NCBI GenBank assembly: GCA_000146465.1
Contig: CP001950.1
Reading direction: 5' to 3' (one strand)
Length of the DNA: 64,000 bases
This document shows positions 39,667 through 48,286 of this stretch, piece by piece (the stretch's first letter is position 1; each line of letters begins with the position of its first letter). The translations under genes were made by a program, and so were the position numbers. Below the pieces are notes generated by a model. It had not been told where the DNA came from, made no database searches, and saw only the letters and a program-made list of their open reading frames with translations.

Positions 39667-41040
39667 ATGTTTGGAATTATGCTTGGCACTGTTTTTTTTT
39701 CAGGTTATGCTATGGCCGAGGCAGTCCACATGCAAGACAGCACTCTACTTGACAATCTCAAGATTGTTCCGAGTCCGTCTATGATTGGAATGGTAAGGGA
39801 CATGAAGAGCATTGTTTCGTATGTATCTGAAGATGAGAAGTTTGATGGGGAGGGAATTAAGATAAAGCATGATGGAAGAATGTTTGTTGTTTCAAAAGCT
39901 GAGGATGTTGAAGGAGCTGTAAACATTCTGAAGAAGTATCCTGCACCGACAGAGGAGGTTATTAAAACCATAAAATCCTCTGATGGAAAAGGAATTGAGG
40001 GAAACTTTATCATATACTTCCTGGACAATTCTGGATACAAGGAGAAGCTTGTAGGGAGTAGAGAAGGGTTGAATGTGTTTGTGTCTACTGATCCTGCCCT
40101 TGCATCTCTTTTGGATGCTTCTATTCCAGGAATATATGGATATAATGGAAGGGATAGGCTTTCGTACAAGTTCCCCTTTAGTGATAAGAATGCCACAAAA
40201 ATCTTTTCACTGACCAATCTTCCGATATTTGGATTTACTTCTGCAGAGAGCATTTCGTTGTATAGGTCATTGGATGGAACCATTTTCTATATTTTCTTTA
40301 ATCCATCCAGCAGTTTGGATGTCCTTAATGGGTACTCTGGAGTTTTGGATGACTTTAGGTACGATGTTCGAGTGATACTGATTCCAAGTGTCAAGGACGG
40401 CATCAATCTTGAGGACTACGGGCTAACGGAAAAAGATCTTCCAGGATGCATATCTATCAGCGAGGACGGAGGGAAGTATATCCTAAGGAATGTGACCAAG
40501 GAAAGCATTTCGGAATTTGTCAAGGATGTGTTGGGAGGAAAAGCTGAGGCGTTTTATAAATCCCAGGAGGAACCAAAAGATAACGGCAGTAAAAATGTTA
40601 AGGTGGTTACTAGAAACAACTCCAAGACATACCTTGGGGATGTTTCCAAGGACAGACTGGTTGTATTTGGAACCGAGAGATGCCCGCATTGCATCCGAAT
40701 TAAGCCGACACTTGAAAAGTTAGGGGAGATAGTAAAGAACAATGCAGATGACAAGGTGTTTATTGGATACTGTGATGTTGATATGAACGACATGAATGAC
40801 GTTGAGATTCGCTTTGTTCCGACCATTCTACTTTATAAGGCTGGAGAAAACAAGAGCATTCAGTACTCTGGTGGAGAAAGAAACCTCTTGAATTTAATTA
40901 CCTTTATCCGGGAGTCTGGAAGCCTAGGTGTTGATCTTTCGAAGTTTGCGGGTCAGGAAGATGAATCCGAGAAGAGGAAGTTTGAGGCTGGCAAGGAGGC
41001 CACTGGGTCTTGGGGAGAAGATGCAAGGGCAGAACTCTAA
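39667..41040 (+). CDS. Protein disulfide isomerase-like ER protein (signal peptide plus thioredoxin domain)
   Basis: N-terminal signal-like MFGIMLGTVFFSGYAMA; C-terminal thioredoxin fold with a CPHC active site. Confidence 0.65.
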   Translation: MFGIMLGTVFFSGYAMAEAVHMQDSTLLDNLKIVPSPSMIGMVRDMKSIVSYVSEDEKFDGEGIKIKHDGRMFVVSKAEDVEGAVNILKKYPAPTEEVIKTIKSSDGKGIEGNFIIYFLDNSGYKEKLVGSREGLNVFVSTDPALASLLDASIPGIYGYNGRDRLSYKFPFSDKNATKIFSLTNLPIFGFTSAESISLYRSLDGTIFYIFFNPSSSLDVLNGYSGVLDDFRYDVRVILIPSVKDGINLEDYGLTEKDLPGCISISEDGGKYILRNVTKESISEFVKDVLGGKAEAFYKSQEEPKDNGSKNVKVVTRNNSKTYLGDVSKDRLVVFGTERCPHCIRIKPTLEKLGEIVKNNADDKVFIGYCDVDMNDMNDVEIRFVPTILLYKAGENKSIQYSGGERNLLNLITFIRESGSLGVDLSKFAGQEDESEKRKFEAGKEATGSWGEDARAEL

Positions 41041-41077
41041 TGAATTAAATGTAAGTCCTTGGAATCCTTTTTTGTAT

Positions 41078-41557
41078 ATGTCCCTTCTGAAGATGGATAT
41101 CCCAAGCATCATTCTTAGGCTTTTAACAGATGGAATTGTGGATGGAGAGTATCATGATTCTTTGAGTTCTCTAAATGAGCTCCTCAGGCCTATACAGTAT
41201 GAAGCCGTTGGATGGCCAGATGGATCATGTATTGTTCTAAAGGATAACCATAGTTCATATCCTCCTGATTCTAGAACAAAAGAAATAGAGGATGTGTTCA
41301 AAAAAGTTGTACGGGGGATTTCTGTTTCTGGAGAAGTGGTAGATATGCTTATTAGAGAGAGATGGATGGAAAGCACCTCAGAAGGATACCGATTGAGTAA
41401 AAGGTCATTAGTGCAGCACAAAGACTTTATTCTTGGATTGGGAGAAGGATACACAGTATGTGATGTTTGTGGATTTCTTAGATCTGAGAATGAAGTTCAT
41501 AAGTTCTGCAAGGAACTTTTAGAAAGCGAAAGAGGCTTTGGAAGAAAAAAGAATTGA
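41078..41557 (+). CDS. Hypothetical protein with a C-terminal Cys/His cluster (CDVCGF...HKFC)
   Basis: The ORF overlaps the PDI 3' end; the start was placed at the first ATG after the PDI stop. The ATG at 41093 with CCC upstream is the alternative. Confidence 0.3.
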   Translation: MSLLKMDIPSIILRLLTDGIVDGEYHDSLSSLNELLRPIQYEAVGWPDGSCIVLKDNHSSYPPDSRTKEIEDVFKKVVRGISVSGEVVDMLIRERWMESTSEGYRLSKRSLVQHKDFILGLGEGYTVCDVCGFLRSENEVHKFCKELLESERGFGRKKN

Positions 41558-41580
41558 TATCCCATTACCAGGAACCCCAG

Positions 41581-41973
41581 ATGACTGTGCTGGAAGTGGA
41601 ATTTCCCTTTAGAATTGGTAGGAGACATCCTAAGCTTAAGGTGGATGTTACAATGGAAAGAAAAGAAGATTTGGTGTCCTTTGACATGGAATACGATATG
41701 GACTTGGCGATAGATAATGCAGAACCAAAATCAAAAGAAAGGGCTGGAGGAAGATTTATACACGTATATAAGTTTGTTGATTTGGATAGTGCAATGGAGT
41801 TTATGGAAAGTAGGAAAGCGAAGGCCTTGCCCCCTAAAGGATTGCTGGATGTAGAGAGGGTGGAGAAGGAGATGGACTTATTTATGGAAAGATACGAGGC
41901 AGGGGAAAGAAAAGTCAAGAAGAAGAAAAAGACAATTGTTGTTAGCGAAGATGGATTCATGAAATATGCATGA
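41581..41973 (+). CDS. Hypothetical protein, 130 aa
   Basis: The ORF-track start is a TTG overlapping the previous stop; the ATG at 41581 has CCCC upstream. Confidence 0.3.
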   Translation: MTVLEVEFPFRIGRRHPKLKVDVTMERKEDLVSFDMEYDMDLAIDNAEPKSKERAGGRFIHVYKFVDLDSAMEFMESRKAKALPPKGLLDVERVEKEMDLFMERYEAGERKVKKKKKTIVVSEDGFMKYA

Positions 41974-42021
41974 GCAGCCAAAGCCGATCCAAGAGGTCTC
42001 CAAAGAAAGAAACCTTTATTA

Positions 42022-42666
42022 TCAAGACAACAGAAACATAATAAACTCTTGGATGACAACTATTCCAAAGAGATAATATGCTCTTCTCATCCTTTCTGCT
42101 CCCTTGTCCATCACGCGTCTCTTCAAACTTCTGCTAAGAAATACAAAGAAACTTACATACAGATACATTCCTCCAATCACCCGCACATACTGGATTTTGT
42201 TCAGGCGGAGGAGCACGGCAATGACATACTTGTATCCACTGTATGCTATTACATCAAGGGTGCAGAGAGTTACATCAACAAAGTAACCAGAGACTCTCAT
42301 AAACAACACACACATGGCTTCGAGGAAAAACAGCCTAGTAAACACAATTCCTAGCTTCTCGGGGCTAAACACTCCTTCAAGCCCGAGGTGTAATGCTCTC
42401 ACCAAGACATAGGAGATAAAGCTCATAACTGGAATATAAAGCTCAGGCCTTGCCATTCCTTCATCGTCACTTGCCCATTCTTTGTTATTGAATGGAAACA
42501 GGATGAGCACAAGCTTCTTTAGGACAAATGTATTGTCTATATCGAAATATGTACGGAAGGGTTTTAAAGACACCCCGCTAAGGCCTTTGTTAGCATATTC
42601 AGTACTCCTCTTAATCGCTTCTTTTCCTATTTCTATTTCCATGGGTGTTTTGATCCAAAGCTTCAT
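42022..42666 (-). CDS. YIF1: Yif1/Yip1-family Golgi membrane protein
   Basis: YFDIDNTFVLKKLVLILFPF...ARPELYIPVMSFISYVL...SPEKLG...LDVIAYSGYKYV matches the Yif1 pattern. Confidence 0.6.
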   Translation of the reverse strand: MKLWIKTPMEIEIGKEAIKRSTEYANKGLSGVSLKPFRTYFDIDNTFVLKKLVLILFPFNNKEWASDDEGMARPELYIPVMSFISYVLVRALHLGLEGVFSPEKLGIVFTRLFFLEAMCVLFMRVSGYFVDVTLCTLDVIAYSGYKYVIAVLLRLNKIQYVRVIGGMYLYVSFFVFLSRSLKRRVMDKGAERMRRAYYLFGIVVIQEFIMFLLS

Positions 42667-42717
42667 CAAAGCAAAAATATCCTACCACGGTCCCAGAGAT
42701 ATAATTTATTAATCAAC

Positions 42718-44193
42718 TCATATTTTTCTTTTAAACTTCTTTGGCATCTTCTCCGTTTCTTTGATGTCATTTCTTGTTAAGTCAAAGCTTACTCGCTTAT
42801 CATTTCTTTTAGACCCTTCGTCACCTCCTTTTCTTCTTTCTCCAAATCGAAACACCTCCTCCTTATGCTCTTGCCTCTCCGACTTCTTCTTCTGCTTTTT
42901 GAGTTTTGAGTTTTTCTTGGAATCTTCGGGTTGCAAGTCATCCTTTGTCTTCTTGTCCTTTGATATTCCATTTATCCTATCAAACACTCTCTGGATTACG
43001 GTGCTTGTTCTCTCCACTTCCTCATTAGTGCGAAGAGACTGGATCTTCTTATCAATAAGTGATTTGAGTTCCAGTCCGTAATCCGGAGTCCTATCCTTCC
43101 CAAAATAATCGATCTTTGCGGCAATAGAGCATTTTGTTGCAATGTACCTACAGATCCTTCCTTTGTCTTTGTCTCGGACCCTCGATAAGTAACTGGTAGT
43201 ATAGATAAGCCCATACTTTGGTGTCTTCGTCTTTGTCTTCAGAGACTTGAACAGAGACTTCTCCGCTCCAAGAAGTTGAAATGTAGATGCCGGAGCCTTT
43301 GCAAGATTTAACAATCCTCCCCCTTGCGAAATGAGCCTTGCTGCAAGCACATCCCCAAGTATGGCTGCAAGATTAGGCGCAATAGATTCCATTTTGTCCT
43401 TAAGATATTTAGACAGGCCTTTTCTGATTTCAATCTTATTGTTCACTATTTCTATTAACTTCTTCAAGTTAATCATGTCCACAGGAGAAAGTTTCATACC
43501 CATGGAATTTCTTTTCAGTTCCTTGATCTTCTCAAGCTTTTCAACATCCACTTCTATATCTTTCCATTCTCCTTTGTTTCCCTCGGTCTCTTCGTCTACA
43601 AAATGCTTTACAGCCTTAATGTATTCATGGTTGTCCTTCAGTGCAACACTCAACTCGGGAAATACCCATCCATAGATTTCTCTTATCCTCATGGAATACG
43701 AATTGATGTCCTTGCCCACTTGTTCTAATAGCATCACTGTGTGGATTACAATAAAGTCTTCTCTCTTTACGTTATATTCAACCTTCTCCCTCGAATATTC
43801 ATATGCTAGACCAAGCACCATCTGCTTGCTATCATATTCATCAAGCCTCATAAGCTTTCTATAGTCCTTTCGGACGCCTCTCATTATATTCTCGCTCTCC
43901 TTCTGTTTGATTCCAAGTACATCAAGGCCCTTTCTTAGAGTGCTGTCGCAATGCAAGACCTTAACATTGTTAAGCTCAAGAAACTTCTTTAAGTCCTCAT
44001 GGATCTCTCCTTGCGAAAGACATTTCAGATGGTCTGACGCCTCGTTAAGACTGGCAAATCTCATTCCAGATCTCAAGTTCAGAACTTGAGTTAGTTTGGT
44101 ATAGTCTTCGTACGTAGACTTCGACATGTCTTCATATTCCTTGAGTTCAAACAGTCCGTATCCCCCTGCATACTCAAAAAGCAAGTGTTCCAT
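42718..44193 (-). CDS. NOP56: Nop56 box C/D snoRNP core protein
   Basis: LLFE..GYGLFE, AYEYSREKV, MRIREIYGWVFPEL, APNLAAILGDVLAARLISQGGGL, LGAEKSLFKSLKTKTKTPKYGLIY, KGRICRYIATKCSIAAKID, K-rich tail. Confidence 0.85.
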   Translation of the reverse strand: MEHLLFEYAGGYGLFELKEYEDMSKSTYEDYTKLTQVLNLRSGMRFASLNEASDHLKCLSQGEIHEDLKKFLELNNVKVLHCDSTLRKGLDVLGIKQKESENIMRGVRKDYRKLMRLDEYDSKQMVLGLAYEYSREKVEYNVKREDFIVIHTVMLLEQVGKDINSYSMRIREIYGWVFPELSVALKDNHEYIKAVKHFVDEETEGNKGEWKDIEVDVEKLEKIKELKRNSMGMKLSPVDMINLKKLIEIVNNKIEIRKGLSKYLKDKMESIAPNLAAILGDVLAARLISQGGGLLNLAKAPASTFQLLGAEKSLFKSLKTKTKTPKYGLIYTTSYLSRVRDKDKGRICRYIATKCSIAAKIDYFGKDRTPDYGLELKSLIDKKIQSLRTNEEVERTSTVIQRVFDRINGISKDKKTKDDLQPEDSKKNSKLKKQKKKSERQEHKEEVFRFGERRKGGDEGSKRNDKRVSFDLTRNDIKETEKMPKKFKRKI

Positions 44194-44266
44194 GGGGTCT
44201 TATCCTTCCGTTTTTCTAAGCTCAGAACATGATAAACTTGAGGAATAATAATATCAGCTTTAATCT

Positions 44267-45265
44267 TTATAGTTCGATGACACGGTCTGCCGCCTTCTCT
44301 AACCTATCCATGATTGCATGGCCTTGTTCGTCGCAATCCATTCCAGCAACTAAGATTATATCGTTGACCTTGTCGAGCTTTCGAATTCCTCGGAAAAAGT
44401 TCTTGCATATATTTTTCTTATCATCTCCCATGTCGAAGATGTCAACCTTCACATCCGAAAAGATCTTAAGATCCATTCCTGAATGTAAAGCAACACCTAC
44501 TCTAGCAATATTGGAGCTCTCAGAAATATATTTGAGAATTCCATCTTTAATATCTTCTTGTCTTCCTTTGAATAAAACTAACGGTGATTTTGGCGAATAA
44601 TGCTTATGTCTTTTCTCCTTTCCTCCCCATTCATTCTTCTTTACTATCACTTCGCAATCAACAACATCTTTTATTCTTTCCACAGTTATTCCCCCTGGCC
44701 TAAGAACCTGGAGCCTTCCATCCACATACTGCACAATTGTAGACTCTACTCCAATCGAAGACGGACCTCCATCTATCATTAGCTTTACTTCGTCGCCAAA
44801 GTCCTCAATCACATGCTCAATCGTTGTAGGGCTTGGCCTTCCGCTTATGTTGGCTGAGGGGATTACAAGAGGTGCTCCAAGCCTCTCTATTATCTTTAAT
44901 AGAAGCTTACTTCCGGGCATTCTAACGGCAATAGTATTAAGTCCTCCTCTGACTATAGGGCTCACATTGTCTTTCGACTTGAAGAGAAGAGTTAGAGGCC
45001 CAGGCCAGAAGTTCTCTATTAACTTTTTATATTGCAAAGGAATCGGGCCCTCAACGATTTCTTCAAGCATTTGAACTGAAGAAATTCCTGCAATTAGTGG
45101 GTTATTTGCAGGCCTTCCCTTGAGTGCAAATATCCTTTCCACAGCACGGAGGTTCCAAATATTTGCAGCTAGCCCATAGACTGTCTCTGTGGGAACAACC
45201 ACCACATCTTCAAAAAAGTCTAGAACCGACTCGACATCGAGCCCTTCCGCAGAAACCACCCTCAT
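44267..45265 (-). CDS. SUA5: Sua5/YrdC threonylcarbamoyl-AMP synthase (t6A)
   Basis: YrdC core VVPTETVYGLAAN...ALKGRPANNPLI, plus the Sua5 C-terminal domain. The start was moved from TTG to the ATG at 45265 (CCCC upstream). Confidence 0.85.
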   Translation of the reverse strand: MRVVSAEGLDVESVLDFFEDVVVVPTETVYGLAANIWNLRAVERIFALKGRPANNPLIAGISSVQMLEEIVEGPIPLQYKKLIENFWPGPLTLLFKSKDNVSPIVRGGLNTIAVRMPGSKLLLKIIERLGAPLVIPSANISGRPSPTTIEHVIEDFGDEVKLMIDGGPSSIGVESTIVQYVDGRLQVLRPGGITVERIKDVVDCEVIVKKNEWGGKEKRHKHYSPKSPLVLFKGRQEDIKDGILKYISESSNIARVGVALHSGMDLKIFSDVKVDIFDMGDDKKNICKNFFRGIRKLDKVNDIILVAGMDCDEQGHAIMDRLEKAADRVIEL

Positions 45266-45325
45266 TTGTACTGGGGCATATGCTATGGTAAAATTACTGT
45301 TAAACTCCAAACATTGGCCCTTGAG

Positions 45326-45523
45326 ATGGTAAAGGCAACAAAGGGATATTTCCTAAGGACAGAACCTAGTGTAAAGGAAGTGATATTGAAGCTTGGGGAG
45401 ACAGAGAACTTCATAATAGAAGATATAAATGATACATGTATTTTTATCACTCCGGAAGCAGCCTCAGATATCAAGGAACGGGTGGAGCTTATAATGAACA
45501 ATGCAAAAAACCCAGGAAAGTAA
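45326..45523 (+). CDS. TFB5: TFIIH subunit Tfb5/p8 (TTDA)
   Basis: 65 aa. MVKATKGYFLRTEPSVKEVILKLGE...IIEDINDTCIFITPE tracks yeast Tfb5 KG.LVQCDPSIKALILQID...VLEELDDTHLLVNP. Confidence 0.7.
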   Translation: MVKATKGYFLRTEPSVKEVILKLGETENFIIEDINDTCIFITPEAASDIKERVELIMNNAKNPGK

Positions 45524-45573
45524 AGAACATCTTCTCTAGAAGAAAGCATATTAGATGATTCTGAAGAGCCCCT

Positions 45574-47250
45574 ATGGGTGTTCGGTCGTTGTGGAAGATT
45601 CTCAAGCCCTCGATGGAGAAGACTACGCCGTCTGGGATAAAACTTGCTGTGGACACAAGCATCTGGATATGCCAGTATGGACACTTAGGAAGTGATGATA
45701 TAATTTACTTTTTTTCAAAAAGGATTATCAAACTTCTGTACCATGGGATCCAACCAGTTTTTGTTTTTGATGGAAAGCCTCCGGAGATCAAAAAGCATGC
45801 CATTTTGGAAAGAAGAAAAAGGAGCAATAGGAGCGGGATAGAAACTGTAGATAAAATGCTCAAATGGGATGAGAATTTAGATCTTCCAAGTAGCAAGGCT
45901 AAGGCTGTCGAGTTTGGAAAGGATAGATATAATTGGGGGGACATCTTCGATTCGGAATTGGATTCACATCTACTTGAATATTCAACAAGTTCGGATGAAG
46001 AAGTCTCTTCTAACGAGCGAGAAGAAAACAGCTTGGAACTAGATATAAGCTTTGATTTTGTTGAATCCAAAGATTTGTCTAGAACACAAAAGCTTAGAAG
46101 GCTGGTTGACCTAAGAGGGCGCAGAAAGGAAATAAGAACAAGATGTAACTTTGACGATCCAGACACTTTCTCAATGCTACAGATTAAGAACTTGAAGATT
46201 CGAAATCTGATCTCCCATAATATAAAAGCTCTGGAAAAAAAAGGTTATAGAAGAGTCCATGGGGATTGTAAGGCCATATATAAGCTTACAAAGAAGCCAG
46301 ATTATGTACGTAACGAGGGAGAAACAACCAACGAATTAAAAAAACCTACAAAGAGGGTTCTTCCTGCAACTGGGCCCGATTTGGAAAATGATATTTCTGA
46401 ATTGGTTGATGAAACGTGTGTAAAGAACAATTTGTCTGTTCAGGATTTGGCATCCTATCCTGTCCTTAAAAGTCTGGTAGATAAGTACAAGGATTCGGAT
46501 AGAAGTCTGAAAAAGGACACAGAGTGTATCCAAGGAGTAGAGAACTACAAAGAAGAGAAAGTGGCTTTGGTAAGTGGTGCGAAAGAAAGGATGATGGGAG
46601 GTTTTTTTGGCCTAGATGGTAGTTTGGACTCTTGGGACACAGTCCAAGAGGAATATGGTAGCTTTTATAAAGGCAGAGAAATCCCCGATGAAACTAATCA
46701 GGGAATCCGTGATATTTGCAGAGTGATGAGGCTTATAAAGGATATCCTGGAGGTGTTCAATATTTCATACGTAGAAGCACCTTCGGAAGCTGATGCCCAA
46801 TGCGGGTTTATGTGCCGCAATAATACTGTTGATGGTGTGATAACTGAAGACAACGATGTTCTACTCTATGGAGGAACAGTTTATAGAAACTTTTTTAGAA
46901 GGGACCGAGGAATAGAGAAATACAGTCTAGAGAGAATCAAAAAGGAGCTCAACCTTGATAGGAAGAATCTTATAGAACTTTCATATCTTCTGGGAAGTGA
47001 CTACACACTAGGAGTCAAGGGAATAGGGCCAGTGAAAGCTCTTGAGGCGGTTAGAAAGGGATCTGTAAGGGAGGAAGATATAGGTATGCTGGTGGGATTA
47101 TACTTGAATCCTGTTGCTATTGATATGAAGGATATTCTAATCCCTGTAGTAGACAAAGACAAAATAAGAATGTTCTATGAAAAAAAAGGACTGAGTAAGG
47201 AAAGAATAGATGGAGTTATGTTTTTCCTTGAAAGAATCAAATTTGGATGA
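45574..47250 (+). CDS. RAD2: XPG/Rad2-family nuclease (N and I domains separated by a ~300-aa spacer, as in XPG)
   Basis: MGVRSLWKIL..IKLAVDTSIWI N-domain; I-domain EAPSEADAQCGFMCRNNTVDGVITEDNDVLLYGG; H3TH-like LGSDYTLGVKGIGPVKA. Confidence 0.8.
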   Translation: MGVRSLWKILKPSMEKTTPSGIKLAVDTSIWICQYGHLGSDDIIYFFSKRIIKLLYHGIQPVFVFDGKPPEIKKHAILERRKRSNRSGIETVDKMLKWDENLDLPSSKAKAVEFGKDRYNWGDIFDSELDSHLLEYSTSSDEEVSSNEREENSLELDISFDFVESKDLSRTQKLRRLVDLRGRRKEIRTRCNFDDPDTFSMLQIKNLKIRNLISHNIKALEKKGYRRVHGDCKAIYKLTKKPDYVRNEGETTNELKKPTKRVLPATGPDLENDISELVDETCVKNNLSVQDLASYPVLKSLVDKYKDSDRSLKKDTECIQGVENYKEEKVALVSGAKERMMGGFFGLDGSLDSWDTVQEEYGSFYKGREIPDETNQGIRDICRVMRLIKDILEVFNISYVEAPSEADAQCGFMCRNNTVDGVITEDNDVLLYGGTVYRNFFRRDRGIEKYSLERIKKELNLDRKNLIELSYLLGSDYTLGVKGIGPVKALEAVRKGSVREEDIGMLVGLYLNPVAIDMKDILIPVVDKDKIRMFYEKKGLSKERIDGVMFFLERIKFG

Positions 47251-47323
47251 TTCTACTGTTCTTTGAGACTTCTGGAAAATATTATACTAATGTAGGGAAA
47301 AAAAAGGATAAAATTATATCCAT

Positions 47324-48286
47324 ATGAAGCTGAGACCAAGAAGAATAAAGAAGAGATGTTTAGTTTTACTGATTATTTTGTTTAATCTCCTACTGGTTCT
47401 TCTTGTGAAGCATAAAAACAAAATGAACATAGGAAACAAGGTGGATCTTGGTCGTTTGAAATGGTTTGGAACTGGTACAATAGTGGTGTCGGCGATGGAA
47501 ATGTTCCAAGACGTGGGGTTTTCCGATGCCATCTCGAAATCTGAGTTGATTTCCACAGACGTTCAAGGACAAGGAGACGTTGTGGATTCCATACTGAGCC
47601 GTGTAAACGTCGAGGTTAGGGAGATTCTACTCATAGATACAAGGAGACTTAGAGGCATGAACCGTACTGTTTTCCCAAGGTTTGAGAAAGAGAGGGCAAA
47701 CTACAGTCTTGGAATAGACTATATTGAAGAATTGGCCAAGGAATTTATCAGGAGAATAGACAATGGAAGAGTTAAGTACCCATTTGGTAGTAACACAGCA
47801 AGAGAATATGTAATGAGGATAAAGTCGTTTACCAAGAGGCATACCAAGGGAGAAGACGATAGCGAGATTATAAAGCTAGTAAACAAGGTGTTTCCAACCA
47901 TTGAGATATCATTCTACACATACATAATGATGGTTCTACTCAACATTCGAGAGATGATTGTTGAAGATTTTGATTCAATTAAGGAAATATTGAAGACAAG
48001 AAAGATATATAGCATCAGTAACGACAAGATAAATCAGCTTGGAGGAATGATCATGAGAGCCCGGGCTTTCAACGACGGAATACCCGAGTGGAATTTATGC
48101 AATGCATGCGATCAAGTCTTTTTTGAAGAAGATCGCGCCGATTTACAAAAGCTTACGTGTGATGATGTTATATGTAGGAGATGTTTAAAGCAATCCTTCC
48201 TGTATTCTGATGATGAGTTCTGCATAAAGTGCGGGACTGAATACGACATTTTACCTGGAAATCGCTTTAAAGATTTACTTGATTAG
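47324..48286 (+). CDS. Hypothetical membrane-anchored protein with a C-terminal Cys-rich zinc-finger-like motif
   Basis: N-terminal TM/signal-anchor LVLLIILFNLLLVLLV; C-terminal CNAC-x17-C-x4-C-x2-C-x14-C-x2-C. Confidence 0.35.
   Translation: MKLRPRRIKKRCLVLLIILFNLLLVLLVKHKNKMNIGNKVDLGRLKWFGTGTIVVSAMEMFQDVGFSDAISKSELISTDVQGQGDVVDSILSRVNVEVREILLIDTRRLRGMNRTVFPRFEKERANYSLGIDYIEELAKEFIRRIDNGRVKYPFGSNTAREYVMRIKSFTKRHTKGEDDSEIIKLVNKVFPTIEISFYTYIMMVLLNIREMIVEDFDSIKEILKTRKIYSISNDKINQLGGMIMRARAFNDGIPEWNLCNACDQVFFEEDRADLQKLTCDDVICRRCLKQSFLYSDDEFCIKCGTEYDILPGNRFKDLLD

Noticed and set aside
41021-41077. Earlier in-frame ATGs (40961, 41021) for the 41078 gene, which would overlap the PDI-like 3' end
   Set aside because: They overlap the upstream coding region and lack the C-rich start context. 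The ATGs at 41078 and 41093 lie after the PDI stop, and 41093 has a CCC motif.
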